A stretch of DNA of 64,000 nt, taken from contig CAWJEP010000001.1 of assembly GCA_963841935.1 (NCBI GenBank), positions 74,487-138,486 of the forward strand, given 5' to 3'. The number at the start of each line of letters is the position of its first letter. The first letter of the stretch is position 1. The notes beneath the pieces are model-generated. The model was not told the DNA's origin and searched no databases. It saw nothing but the letters and a program-made list of their open reading frames with translations. Positions 1-10,385 of the stretch are shown one piece after another. Both the position numbers and the translations under genes were made by a program. This DNA comes from an uncultured bacterium. GTDB taxonomy: Bacteria > Patescibacteriota > Minisyncoccia > Phycocordibacterales > UBA6065.

Positions 1-1035
1 GGACTAAAAACTCCTTCATTTGCAAAAGCGCCAAAAGGCGGGTTTGCTGGTGCGCAGAAAGCCAGAACGAAAGCAGAAAGGGAGAGGGCGGCGGAATTGT
101 ATGCAACGGATGCGGAAGAACTTACCGTGAAACAAGCTCAGGATCGTAAACGTGCTAGGGCGGAAATCAATACCGCTAATACCACAGGAGCACAAGCAAA
201 CGTGAGGAATCGTAACAGACTAGAGGCCAATATTACTGCTCTTGACGTAGACATAGCAAATTACTCAACACAAATAAACAACGCAAAAACGGCTGGCAAT
301 ACAGTCATGCAAACCCAGTTTGAGGCAGCAAAGAGAGACGCCGAGAAACGAAAAGAGGAAACACAAAAGGAAATCGAGCAAAAGAAGACCGATTACGAGA
401 GTATGGTGAAATCAGAGATTGACAGTATGGTCGAGCAAGAAGCGAAAACAAACACATCTCTAGCTTCAGCTCTTGAAGCAACACAGCGTCTCGAAAATTT
501 TGCTCGACATACCGAGGACGCTGTCGTCAAAAAGACATTCGCGGCGGCAGCAGGAGCTGTTGTTGGTGGTTTAGCAGCAAAGGGTACGTGGCAAAGGGTT
601 TCTAAAGAAAATAAAATCCTTGCCGACCAATTCCGAAAAGATAAAGAAACTAACTGGGCAAAGAATCAGAAGAGTATCAACGCTCTTGCGGCACAACTTG
701 CTGCAGCAACTGCTGGTTCAACACCTCCTCCTACGACCCCACCGCCTACTGGTGCCCCGTGTTGGGTAGCAGAGGTGCTCTACGGAGTTGATGACCAGAA
801 AACACACGCCGCTAGACTGTGGGCAGCAACAAACGATAATTGGTTTACAAGAACGTATAGGACTTATGGGCGATCCTGGGCAAAATTACTTATTACCAAT
901 GGATGGGCACAAATCATGGTTAAACCTGTGTGGAATATTATGGCAATGAAAGGCCGAGGGCTTGCCATAAAAATTAGAAACGGCCAAGCAGTGTTGGATG
1001 AAAGATTTGGTTACCTGTTGGAGAAAATAAAATAA
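1..1035 (+). CDS. 5'-truncated T4SS-locus protein (probably VirB6-like tail): coiled coil, Pro/Thr linker, C-terminal CFI-box-CTERM-like domain
   Basis: Frame 1 is open from base 1 to TAA 1033-1035. Ala/Gln/Lys/Glu-rich helical region, TPPPTTPPPTGAP linker, then CWVAEVLYG...WFTRTYRTYGRSWA. VirB6 assignment rests only on position upstream of PrgI/VirB4. Confidence 0.55.
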   Translation, partial: GLKTPSFAKAPKGGFAGAQKARTKAERERAAELYATDAEELTVKQAQDRKRARAEINTANTTGAQANVRNRNRLEANITALDVDIANYSTQINNAKTAGNTVMQTQFEAAKRDAEKRKEETQKEIEQKKTDYESMVKSEIDSMVEQEAKTNTSLASALEATQRLENFARHTEDAVVKKTFAAAAGAVVGGLAAKGTWQRVSKENKILADQFRKDKETNWAKNQKSINALAAQLAAATAGSTPPPTTPPPTGAPCWVAEVLYGVDDQKTHAARLWAATNDNWFTRTYRTYGRSWAKLLITNGWAQIMVKPVWNIMAMKGRGLAIKIRNGQAVLDERFGYLLEKIK

Positions 1036-1036
1036 A

Positions 1037-1594
1037 ATGGATAATAACGCTACAAAAAAAATAAAAGAAAAATTCGACACGTTGCCAGACGATATAAAAA
1101 AAGCAATCAACGAGGCAAATCTTCCAGAGAGAGTAGAAAAAATCTCGAAGAAAAATGACCTACTTATAGACCAAACTAGTGATCTTTATATGGAAATATT
1201 TCTTGCGATGCTTGGGATTGAGCCGTTGGCCGACCTTACAAAAAACATTTCAAAAAATGTCGCTGTTTCCGCAGCAACGGCCTTAGCAATATCTAAAGAC
1301 GTAAACACGGAGATACTTCTACCGATAAGAGAATCCTTGGAGAAAATCCAACTGCCTCAGGAGGAAGATGTTACTGACGGAGAATCATCACAAATTCCCG
1401 AGCGCGACGAGATTCTCCGCGACATAGAAAATCCGCAGCCGGTAGCGGAAAGGGCGCCGATAATTGACCCGGAAAGGGAACTCGAGACAAGAGCCGCGGC
1501 GGAAACTTTCGTCGAAAGCAAAATCTCCGCTACAAAAGCACCTGCGGTGGAGAAAAAATATTCCGCCGACCCGTATCGCGAGCCGCTAAATTAA
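1037..1594 (+). CDS. Conserved hypothetical protein with C-terminal DPYREP motif (CPR T4SS-locus associated)
   Basis: 185 aa, ends ADPYREPLN; 1-nt spacing to both neighbours. Confidence 0.75.
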   Translation: MDNNATKKIKEKFDTLPDDIKKAINEANLPERVEKISKKNDLLIDQTSDLYMEIFLAMLGIEPLADLTKNISKNVAVSAATALAISKDVNTEILLPIRESLEKIQLPQEEDVTDGESSQIPERDEILRDIENPQPVAERAPIIDPERELETRAAAETFVESKISATKAPAVEKKYSADPYREPLN

Positions 1595-1595
1595 T

Positions 1596-2042
1596 ATGAG
1601 ATTTCAAGTACCGCAATTTATCGAGGTCGAGGACAAAATATTCGGACCGCTCACCTTCAAACAGTTCGCTTACCTCATCGGCGGCGCGGGACTTTGCTTC
1701 GTCATTTATCATTTCATCGACAACCTGTACATAAGCGTCATCTTTATGCTTCCGGTCGCCATACTCGCCGCCATGCTGGCTTTTTACAAATATAACAGTA
1801 AGCCATTCGTCGAGCTTGTGGAGTCCGCGTTCAAATATTTCTTTGGCAGTAAGCTTTACATTTGGAAAAAAGAAGAAAAGGCGCCGGTAGCGAGAAAACA
1901 GTCAGCGGCACGGACGGAAAGCGCGCCGGATTTGTTTATTCCGAAACTTTCTGACAGTAAACTAAAAGAGCTCACTTGGTCTCTGGATATTAAACAAGCG
2001 GAAAACCCCGTAACAGACACGAGCGGCGGAAGAAATGTCTGA
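1596..2042 (+). CDS. PrgI family membrane protein
   Basis: MRFQVPQFIEVEDKIFGPLTFKQF N-terminus followed by two TM helices. Confidence 0.85.
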   Translation: MRFQVPQFIEVEDKIFGPLTFKQFAYLIGGAGLCFVIYHFIDNLYISVIFMLPVAILAAMLAFYKYNSKPFVELVESAFKYFFGSKLYIWKKEEKAPVARKQSAARTESAPDLFIPKLSDSKLKELTWSLDIKQAENPVTDTSGGRNV

Positions 2043-2054
2043 TATAATTGCCAT

Positions 2055-2696
2055 ATGGCGACTCCCTCAAAGACAACGCAGGAATTCGTGCCGATAAAAG
2101 AGATCCGGCAGGGGGTCGTCATTCTCAAAGACGGTTCTTTGCGCTCTATTGTCATGTGTTCGTCGCTAAACTTCGCCTTGAAATCCGCCGACGAGCAGCA
2201 ATCCATAATTTTTCAATTCCAAAATTTCCTAAACTCGCTCGACTTTTCCATTCAGATTTTTATTCAATCGAGAAAACTCGATATTCGTCCGTACATCGCT
2301 CTTCTCGAGGGAAGAGAGAAGGAGCAATCCACGGACCTGATGAAAATCCAGACTCGCGAATACATAGAATTCATAAAAACATTCACGGAGTCCACGAACA
2401 TCATGACCAAGACGTTTTTTATCGTCGTGCCGTACGCCGCGCCGGTGGTCGAAGGCGGTTCCAGCGTGAAAAATATCTTTGGCAAGAAAAAAAATCAGAG
2501 CCAGACGGACGCCGAGACGGAGTTGGCTTCTTTCGAGGAACACAGGAGTCAACTCGAACAGAGAACCGGGGTCATAGACCAAGGGCTCACGCGTTGCGGC
2601 CTCCGCACCATCAATCTCGGCACGGAAGAAGTCGTCGAACTCTTCTATAAAATATTCAATCCGGGGGACACGGAAAAACCGATACCGATTTCATAA
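2055..2696 (+). CDS. TraC-like / VirB4 N-terminal-like protein
   Basis: TQEFVPIKEIRQGVVILKDG...SLNFALKSADEQ...FLNSLDFSIQI motifs; lies between PrgI and VirB4. Confidence 0.8.
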   Translation: MATPSKTTQEFVPIKEIRQGVVILKDGSLRSIVMCSSLNFALKSADEQQSIIFQFQNFLNSLDFSIQIFIQSRKLDIRPYIALLEGREKEQSTDLMKIQTREYIEFIKTFTESTNIMTKTFFIVVPYAAPVVEGGSSVKNIFGKKKNQSQTDAETELASFEEHRSQLEQRTGVIDQGLTRCGLRTINLGTEEVVELFYKIFNPGDTEKPIPIS

Positions 2697-2700
2697 AATT

Positions 2701-4504
2701 ATGGCATTATTTTCAAAATTATTCGGAAAAAAAGACGACAGCGTGAAGATGGCGCCAATACTGCCCCAGGAAATATACGAGGCCGGCGTTCTCGAACTAA
2801 AAGATATCATCGCTCCGTCGGCGCTAAAGATTTCTCCGCGCGAACTTTCCCTAGGCGACAAAATCGTCAGAACTTTTTTCGTCATTTCGTATCCTCGTTT
2901 CCTTTCCGAGAGCTGGTTCGCGCCAATCATCAATCTCGACAAAGTTTTTAATGTTTCGATTTTCGTCCACCCCGTGGACACGGCGAAAGTTTTGAAACAA
3001 TTTCAGAAAAAAGTCGCCGAGGTCCAAAGTCAAATCTCCATCCGCGAACAAAAAGGTTTGGTGCGCGACCCAATGCTCGACACGGCTTATCAGGACCTCG
3101 AAAGCTTGCGCGACAGTCTGCAACAAGCACAGGAAAAATTGTTTGACGTCGGACTTTATATCACGATTTACGCTGACAGCGACCAAGAATTGGATAAAAC
3201 CGAATCGGAAATAAAATCAATCCTCGAGTCCAAGCTGGTCTACGTGAAACCGGCACTTTTCCAGCAGGAAGAAGGTTATATTTCCAACTTGCCAACGATG
3301 ACCGACGAACTGGCCGTGCATTCCAAACTTAACTCCTCGCCCCTTTCGTCGCTTTTTCCCTTCGTTTCATTCGATTTGACTTCGGACAAAGGAATCCTTT
3401 ACGGCATAAACAGACACAATTCTTCGCTCGTGCTTTTCGACAGATTTTCTCTTGGAAAACTACAACTCAATAACTTTCGCCAAATCCGGCGCGGGAAAAT
3501 CATACGCCACCAAACTTGAAATACTGCGCACGCTTATGTTTGATACCGATGTCATAGTCATCGACCCGGAAAGGGAATATGAATTTCTCTCCGAAGCGAC
3601 CGGCGGAAAATATTTCAACATTTCCCTAAATTCCGAACACCATATAAATCCTTTCGATTTGCCGATTGCGCGCGAAGACGAAAGTCCGGCCGATGTTTTG
3701 CGCTGAAACATCATAAATCTCGTCGGGCTTTTCCGCATTATGATGGGAGGACTTACTCCGGAGGAAGACGCGATTGTCGACCGAGCCATCACCGAGACTT
3801 ACGCTCTCAAAGACATCACGCCGGATTCGGATTTCAAAAATATCGAACCTCCGCTTCTCTCGGATTTCGAATTTGTTCTCGCCGGAATGGAGGGCGGAGA
3901 ATCATTAGTCCAGAGACTTTCAAAATATACCAAGGGCACATGGTCAGGATTTATAAATCGTCCGACAAACGTGGATATCGAGAGCAAGTTTATCGTCTTT
4001 TCCATCCGTGATATGGAAGACGAACTCAAGCCAGTCGCTATGTATATCGTCACGCATCATATTTGGAACGCCGTGAGAAAAAACTTGAAGAAAAGACTAA
4101 TGGTCGTCGATGAGGCATGGTGGATGATGAAATCCGAAGACACGGCGTCGTTTTTACTTTCTATAGCGAAACGCGGACGCAAATACTACCTTGGTCTAGC
4201 CACTATCACCCAAGATGTTGATGACTTCCTCAAGTCTCCATACGGCGTGCCGATTATCACCAACTCATCTATCCAGATACTTCTAAAGCAATCACCAACG
4301 TCCATAGACAAAATCCAGCAGACTTTCAACCTTACCGACGAGGAAAAGTATTTGCTTTTGGAATCTGACGTCGGCGAGGGAATATTTTTCGTGGGACTCA
4401 AGCATGTGGCCATTAAAATCATCGCCTCTTACACCGAAGACCAAATATTGACATCCGACCCGTCTCAAATATTGGCCATAAAAGAAGCCAAGAAAAATGC
4501 GTGA
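2701..4504 (+). pseudogene. virB4: VirB4-like ATPase, interrupted by a +1 frameshift (~3451-3455) and an in-frame TGA (3704-3706); pseudogene or assembly error
   Basis: ORFs 2701-3519, 3452-3706 and 3740-4504 join into one protein: DRFSL|ENYNSITFAKSGAGKS (Walker A), VIVIDPEREY, DVLR*NIINLVGLFRIM, VVDEAW (Walker B), KRGRKY. Confidence 0.85.
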
Positions 4505-4516
4505 TATAATTTTCAC

Positions 4517-5503
4517 ATGAAAACGCTCCGGTTTTTTCTCCTCTTCGTCTTTCTAGTGCCGATCTTTTCCTTCGCCCAAAGTATTCCGGGCATAGCCAAT
4601 CCAGTTTCTATCATTATGGAGCCGACTAATCCCGGACCAGGAGACACGGTGACTTTGTCAGCGCAAAGTTCTTCTTTCGATGTAAATTCCGCAACGCTTA
4701 CCTGGACGGCAAACGGTTCGGTGGTGGCAAAAGGCACCGGTCAAAAGACAATAACACTCTCCGCCGGAGGTTTGGGGAAGAAGACCGTCATCGGACTATC
4801 GGCGCAAGTGTCCGGTCTTGGAACTTTTACCGATTCGCTGACCATAAATCCGGCTTTGGTCGACTTGATTTGGGAAGCGCAAACATCCGTTCCACCTTTT
4901 TATCAAGGCAAGGCGCTTCTTGGTTGGGGAGCGACCTATAAAGTCGTTGCCGTACCGGAAGTTTACGAAAATGGCGCGGCTGTGAACCCATCGCATCTCG
5001 TCTACACGTGGAGTAAAAATTATTCCGTGGACGAAAACTCTTCCGGCTACGGAAAAAACGTCTATCAAAGCGACGGGTCGATAAATTATACCCGCGGCGG
5101 TGACGTTATAAGCGTCACCGCCGCGACCGTGGGCAGCGCGGCTACGGCCCAAGGCTCTGTCACTGTTTCTCCGGTATCTTCAGCAATGCTTATTTATCTT
5201 GAGAGTCCTATTTACGGAGTACTTTACAACCAATCACTCGCTCAAGCATCGCTATCCGGAGATTCCATCACCCTCCACGCCGAGCCGTTTTTCTTTTCCG
5301 ATATTTCTTCCGCCTTAAGCGCTCTCACGTGGACAATGAACGGCGCGGCTGTGCCGAATTTTACCGGCAATCCGTCGCTCACGCTTGTGAGGCAAGATAA
5401 AACTGCAGGTACAAGCGCTATCGTGGCTAATCTGAACAATCCTTACGCTCTACTTCAAGGCGCGCAAGAAAGCGTTACAATAAACACCAATGTTGAACAA
5501 TAA
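4517..5503 (+). CDS. Secreted Ig-like/beta-rich hypothetical protein
   Basis: Signal peptide (FSFAQ); VDLIWEAQTSVPPFYQGKAL motif; TGnTATAAT 6 nt before ATG. Confidence 0.7.
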   Translation: MKTLRFFLLFVFLVPIFSFAQSIPGIANPVSIIMEPTNPGPGDTVTLSAQSSSFDVNSATLTWTANGSVVAKGTGQKTITLSAGGLGKKTVIGLSAQVSGLGTFTDSLTINPALVDLIWEAQTSVPPFYQGKALLGWGATYKVVAVPEVYENGAAVNPSHLVYTWSKNYSVDENSSGYGKNVYQSDGSINYTRGGDVISVTAATVGSAATAQGSVTVSPVSSAMLIYLESPIYGVLYNQSLAQASLSGDSITLHAEPFFFSDISSALSALTWTMNGAAVPNFTGNPSLTLVRQDKTAGTSAIVANLNNPYALLQGAQESVTINTNVEQ

Positions 5504-6497
5504 ACATTTATACAAAATATTTTTTTCTGTGATGTTTTTCGCGATTTTGTCTGTGGATTTCTCTCATTTGGCTCACGCACAAAATACCTATAACTACCAA
5601 CCACTAGCAACAATTCCCTTGGGTAACGGGGGCACAAACCTCACCACTTCCGGACAAAACGTCGACCCGGCAACCTATGTTTCTGGTTTGTACACACTGG
5701 CGTTTGGCATCGCAATAATCATAGCTGTCGTTTCCGGTGTCTGGGCTGGAATCGAATGGATGCTTGGCGGAGACAACCCGTCGAAAATATCCAGTGCTAA
5801 AAATCGTCTCCAAAACGTCGGCTGGGGATTTCTCTTGCTTCTTTGTTCGTACACCATCCTCTATATAATCAACCCGCAATTAGTCACTTTTAATTTGGAC
5901 CTCGGTAGCGTAAATGCCGGCGCGCAAATATCCGCTGAAGAAGCTGAACAAAAAGCTACCCAAGCGGCTATCAACGCGCTTGCGACTACCGCAAACAACG
6001 CCGTTATACAATCTCAGTCAGATGCCGCGGCTGCTGCCACTGCGGCACAAGCGTTAGCGAGTTGTCTTGCTGCTAATAATAACAATGCAGCTAATTGTGC
6101 CACACAACAGACAGCGGCTAATCAAACACAAACAACATCCACCCAAAGCGCCGAAAAGACTACGGTAACTCAAGCGAACCTCATGGTCTCCAGCGACATC
6201 ACGCAAATCACAACTGATTTGAATAGCAATAATGGAAACGCCGTGGCAGATCTTCAAAAATTTCAAAGTGACTATAATGCGGCTCTAACAAAACTCCAAC
6301 AAGAACAAGTTGCTGCAAGTAATGCTGGAAACGTCGCCCTTGCGAACCAAATCACAAAAGATGGAATTGCTCTTGTCAGTTCAATAACTCAGAAATATGG
6401 TTGCACCCCATCACAACTTCAGGTAAGTAATCAACAACTTCAGCTGAATAATACGGCTAGTTATGGTGGAAACCAAACGATTGGTTGTAGTCAATAA
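5490..6497 (+). CDS. T4SS-type (VirB2-like) pilin domain protein with long Ala/Gln/Asn-rich C-terminal extension
   Basis: Signal peptide, then YQPLATIP...TM-GIEWMLGGDNPSKISSAKNRLQN-TM-ILYIINPQL pilin motif. Confidence 0.75.
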   Translation: MLNNKHLYKIFFSVMFFAILSVDFSHLAHAQNTYNYQPLATIPLGNGGTNLTTSGQNVDPATYVSGLYTLAFGIAIIIAVVSGVWAGIEWMLGGDNPSKISSAKNRLQNVGWGFLLLLCSYTILYIINPQLVTFNLDLGSVNAGAQISAEEAEQKATQAAINALATTANNAVIQSQSDAAAAATAAQALASCLAANNNNAANCATQQTAANQTQTTSTQSAEKTTVTQANLMVSSDITQITTDLNSNNGNAVADLQKFQSDYNAALTKLQQEQVAASNAGNVALANQITKDGIALVSSITQKYGCTPSQLQVSNQQLQLNNTASYGGNQTIGCSQ

Positions 6498-6501
6498 ATT
6501 T

Positions 6502-7725
6502 ATGTCCAAAAAAAATCTAACGTGGACCGCAATAATAGTTCTCATAATTCTCGGCCTCACCGCCTGGTGGTTTTTCTCGCGTGAAAGTTCCGCCGTGCCG
6601 GCAAATCAGCCGACACAGACAAGTCAAAATCTTTTTCCTTACGGAACAAACTCTACTTCGTCGGTAAACAATACACAAACTAATCCCCAAGGGACGGTGG
6701 TTCTCGGTGGTTCGTCCGCGACTCCTCCTCCGGCGCTTATCCACATTACCACCGCGCCGGTATCAGGAATGATCTTCCTGCCGGAAACGGCAAGTTCATC
6801 GGTAACACTTAGATATATAGACAGGGCTACGGGACATATATACGACTATTCATTCGGCACCGGTACGTCCACGGAGACTACGGAGACCACCGTTCCGAAA
6901 GTCTATAACGGAATTTTTTCAAATAACGGCACTCGTGTTTTGTTACAAACATTGGGGACGAGTAATCAAATAGAGACGATAACTGGTAGTATAGCCGAAA
7001 CAAATACCGGTCCGGTGGCACTGGAAAACGTTACGTTTTTGCCGACGAACGCCGTATCCATCGCGGTGAACGGTCCGTCGCTTTTTTACCTCGTATCCGT
7101 CTCGAGTGGCTCGCTCGGATACTTGAGCGCCTTGGACGGAACTAAGCCGTCGCAAATTTTTAACTCCGCGCTAAATGAGTTTATATCAAAATGGCAGGGA
7201 ACAAATCTGACACTTCAAACAAAAGACAGTGCCTCCGTCGGCGGATATTTCTTCGACCTAAACACAAAAACCGGCGCGCTTGTCCCGATCCTAAATAATA
7301 TATCGGGATTAACAGCGCTGGAAAATCCTGCGGGAACTTTTGTTTTTGGTTCGGCTTCGAACGGGGGTGTATTGCAGTCATTCATGTATGACGAGAAATC
7401 CGGTTCGGCACGGACGATACCCCTCTCGACGCTCGCGGACAAATGCGTGTGGAGTGACACCGATCCAAACTCTCTTTACTGCGCCGTGCCGACATCATTG
7501 TCGGGAACTTTGCCGGATGACTGGTATCAAGGTAACGTCTTCTTGCCTGACAACAATATTTGGAAAATAACCGCCGACACCGGGGTGACGAACGTTGTTG
7601 ACTTTCTTTCGGAAAGAAACGCGAACATAGACGCGGAGAACCTTGTTCTAGACGGCAAGGGAACTTGGCTCGCTTTTATGAATAAAGAGGACCTCACACT
7701 ATGGGCTCTGCGGATTTCGGAATAA
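6502..7725 (+). CDS. Membrane-anchored beta-propeller-like exported protein
   Basis: N-terminal TM; YIDRATGHIY, TLADKCVW, LPDDWYQG, FMNKEDLTLW motifs; start moved to ATG 6502. Confidence 0.65.
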   Translation: MSKKNLTWTAIIVLIILGLTAWWFFSRESSAVPANQPTQTSQNLFPYGTNSTSSVNNTQTNPQGTVVLGGSSATPPPALIHITTAPVSGMIFLPETASSSVTLRYIDRATGHIYDYSFGTGTSTETTETTVPKVYNGIFSNNGTRVLLQTLGTSNQIETITGSIAETNTGPVALENVTFLPTNAVSIAVNGPSLFYLVSVSSGSLGYLSALDGTKPSQIFNSALNEFISKWQGTNLTLQTKDSASVGGYFFDLNTKTGALVPILNNISGLTALENPAGTFVFGSASNGGVLQSFMYDEKSGSARTIPLSTLADKCVWSDTDPNSLYCAVPTSLSGTLPDDWYQGNVFLPDNNIWKITADTGVTNVVDFLSERNANIDAENLVLDGKGTWLAFMNKEDLTLWALRISE

Positions 7726-8458
7726 GAGCGTTGGGATTTTTCTTAATCTGACGCCTGACAAAAAATTCCTGACCTATCATAAACAGGTTACTGACCGTCC
7801 AATATATGGCGACGACTCCGGTCGTGGAGTAAGCGATGAAAAAAATTACCACCGGCATCACGTATTTCATTTGGAGCGTCATATTTCTGGCAAAACTGTC
7901 GCTCATGGATTCTTTGCCGTCTTTTTTCGCCGGAGTGGGAGGAATCACAAGCTTCGCTTGAAAATATTGCGAAACGGCGGCAAGAAAAGCCAAGATGTAG
8001 CTCTTTTGCGTAACATCAAAAAATCCCAAAAAAATCGCGCTGGTGACGTGGGTCGGCATAGGTACGAACGGATAGAGAATGGCGGCGTCTATGTGTGTGA
8101 AACCCGCGAATAAAAATATCCTGTAAAGGGCGATAAGTATCGGCAATTGAATCAAGAGAAGTAAAACGCTGGCGAAAGGGTTGAGTTTGTATTTTTTATA
8201 AAGGGCGAATGTCTCGAGAGACTGTTTTTGTTTGTCGTTTTTATATTTTTCCTTTATCTTTTCCATTTCCGGATTTAGTTCGCGCATCAGGGCCTGAGTG
8301 CGCACGGATTTTTTCGCCAAAGGAAAAAGTACTAATCTGATAATCACCGTGAAAATCATGATTATCACTCCAGCGTCGAAGAACGGCAAAGCGTCAATCA
8401 AGAGGACGAACGCGTTGTAGAGGGGATAGAAAACGAATGTGTGGTATATGAATGTCAT
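7694..8458 (-). CDS. yidC: Membrane protein insertase YidC/Oxa1
   Basis: FTVIIRLVLFPL, NPFASVLLLLIQLPILIALY, IYWTVSNLF; synteny with rnpA-rpmH. Confidence 0.93.
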   Translation of the reverse strand: MTFIYHTFVFYPLYNAFVLLIDALPFFDAGVIIMIFTVIIRLVLFPLAKKSVRTQALMRELNPEMEKIKEKYKNDKQKQSLETFALYKKYKLNPFASVLLLLIQLPILIALYRIFLFAGFTHIDAAILYPFVPMPTHVTSAIFLGFFDVTQKSYILAFLAAVSQYFQAKLVIPPTPAKKDGKESMSDSFARNMTLQMKYVMPVVIFFIAYSTTGVVAIYWTVSNLFMIGQEFFVRRQIKKNPNALIPKSAEPIV

Positions 8459-8787
8459 TTTGATATGTTAACACGAAGAAGGAGACTCTCTATGTCTCTT
8501 TTTAAAGTTTCAAAAGGGATTTTTACGATTTCTTTCTTCGGTAGGAAAACAATGTGGATGTTTGGCGGGTATTTTTTTATTTCCGACAAAGCGGAGTAGA
8601 CGCGGCGGCGGATTTTATTCCTATCCGAAGCATTCTTCATAATCTTTTTCGATATACTCACACCGAAAGCAGTCCTGCCTGACGAAATACAAAAAATCAT
8701 AGAAATAACCGACGACGTGCGACGGGCGCCTTTCTCAAAAACCTCTTTGACCTCTCTAAATCTGAGTCGGTCTATTGATGGAAGCAT
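8455..8787 (-). CDS. rnpA: Ribonuclease P protein component
   Basis: FGVSISKK...ASDRNKIRRR (RNR-like motif); between rpmH and yidC. Confidence 0.88.
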   Translation of the reverse strand: MLPSIDRLRFREVKEVFEKGARRTSSVISMIFCISSGRTAFGVSISKKIMKNASDRNKIRRRVYSALSEIKKYPPNIHIVFLPKKEIVKIPFETLKRDIESLLLRVNISK

Positions 8788-8790
8788 TTT

Positions 8791-8925
8791 TTAAGCTGAC
8801 AAACGCTTTCTGCCTTTGTGCATTCGTCTTTTTATCATCGCCCTACCTTTGGCGGTTTTTGTTCTCGTAAAAAATCCGTGCGTTCGAGCTCTTTTTCTTT
8901 TATTCGGTTTGTGGACTATTGCCAT
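8791..8925 (-). CDS. rpmH: 50S ribosomal protein L34 (not in ORF track)
   Basis: Hand translation MAIVHKPNKRKRARTHGFFTRTKTAKGRAMIKRRMHKGRKRLSA*; divergent from dnaA. Confidence 0.93.
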   Translation of the reverse strand: MAIVHKPNKRKRARTHGFFTRTKTAKGRAMIKRRMHKGRKRLSA

Positions 8926-9032
8926 AAAATATTTTCTTGAAAATTATTAACAACTTGTTCACATATTATTAACATAGTATGCGGTTCAAGACAAGTTCTA
9001 AAATGCTTTTGCGCGTATATACTTACAAAACA

Positions 9033-10385
9033 ATGATTGACCCGAAAAAACTTTGGGAGAGCGTTCTCGGAGAAATAGAACTTCAAGTTTCTAGGGCGAA
9101 TTTCGCGACATGGTTTAAAGACACTTTCATACTAAAAGTCACCGACGGCACGGTATATGTGGCAGTACCAAACCCTTTCGTTAAAGATTGGCTGGCCAGC
9201 AAGTATCACAAACTCATCCTCAAGGGTCTGCGGGACTTCGGTGAAGACGTCAGGGTACTTGAATACGCCATATCACAACACCCATCGAAAACTTCCAAAG
9301 AGGAGGAGGCCAGAAAGTCCGTGGACGTGACACTGGGAGCGCTCCCCCTAAACGATCACTACATAAATCAGGACGACAACCTCAACCCAAAGTACACCTT
9401 CGAAACTTTCGTCGTTGGTCCTTTCAACGAACTCGCTTATGCCGCGGCCCAAGCGGTCGTAAAAAATCCCGGACTTGTTTACAACCCTCTTTTCATATAC
9501 GGGGACACCGGTCGCGGTAAGACGCACCTCATGCAAGCTGTCGGAAATTACATAAAAAAAACAAATCCGACGAAAAAAGTCTTTTATCTGACTTCGGAAA
9601 AGTTTACTGTTGATTATCTAAATTCTCTCACGGCCGGCAAAGCCAACCAATTCAAAGAAAAATACAGAAAATACGACGTTTTGATAATGGATGACGTGCA
9701 ATTCTTCTCAAGCACGGAAAAAACTCAAGAGGAACTTTTCCATTTATTCAACACCCTACACGAAAACAACAAGCAGTTGATTTTTTCTTCGGACAAACAC
9801 CCAAACCATATTCCAAACCTTGAAAATCGCATCCAATCGAGATTTAAAGCCGGCATGATAGTGGATATTGCCGCCCCAGACCAAGAATCCCGCACGGTTA
9901 TACTGCGAACCAAGGCCTTGCAACAGAACTTAAACCTTTCAACCGAGGTGGTTGAGTATGTCGCTCAAAACATGCCGAGCAACATACGTGAACTTGAAGG
10001 AATCCTAAATATTATAGCCATTAGAACAAGCACTCGTGGCGTGCCGGTAAACATAATGGATTTGAAAGAAATTATAAAAGACCACGCCAAACCACAAAAA
10101 AACATGTCGGCAAAAGACATCGTGCGCGTCGTTTCAAGTTTTTATAACATAGACGAACATTCCATATACGAAAAAACCAGAAAAAAAGAAGTGGTCAAGC
10201 CACGACAAGTCATCATGTATTTGCTTAGGGAAGACATGGGTGTATCTTATCCTTCGATTGGGGAAAAACTGGGGGGAAGAGATCACACGACGGTGATACA
10301 TTCCTGCGAAAAAATCAAAAACGACATAAAAAGCAACCAGGGTCTCGTCCAGGAAATAAACCAGCTTCGTTCGCTTATTGTCTGA
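9033..10385 (+). CDS. dnaA: Chromosomal replication initiator DnaA
   Basis: NPLFIYGDTGRGKTHL, DDVQF, QEELFHLFN, NIRELEG, GGRDHTTVIH. Start ATG 9033 preferred. Confidence 0.98.
   Translation: MIDPKKLWESVLGEIELQVSRANFATWFKDTFILKVTDGTVYVAVPNPFVKDWLASKYHKLILKGLRDFGEDVRVLEYAISQHPSKTSKEEEARKSVDVTLGALPLNDHYINQDDNLNPKYTFETFVVGPFNELAYAAAQAVVKNPGLVYNPLFIYGDTGRGKTHLMQAVGNYIKKTNPTKKVFYLTSEKFTVDYLNSLTAGKANQFKEKYRKYDVLIMDDVQFFSSTEKTQEELFHLFNTLHENNKQLIFSSDKHPNHIPNLENRIQSRFKAGMIVDIAAPDQESRTVILRTKALQQNLNLSTEVVEYVAQNMPSNIRELEGILNIIAIRTSTRGVPVNIMDLKEIIKDHAKPQKNMSAKDIVRVVSSFYNIDEHSIYEKTRKKEVVKPRQVIMYLLREDMGVSYPSIGEKLGGRDHTTVIHSCEKIKNDIKSNQGLVQEINQLRSLIV

Noticed and set aside
3704-3706. TGA recoding (genetic code 25 Gly, or selenocysteine)
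   Set aside because: Many intact genes end at TGA at their expected C-termini (dnaA, yidC, yebC, rsmI); only one in-frame TGA was found, and it is one base from TCA (Ser).
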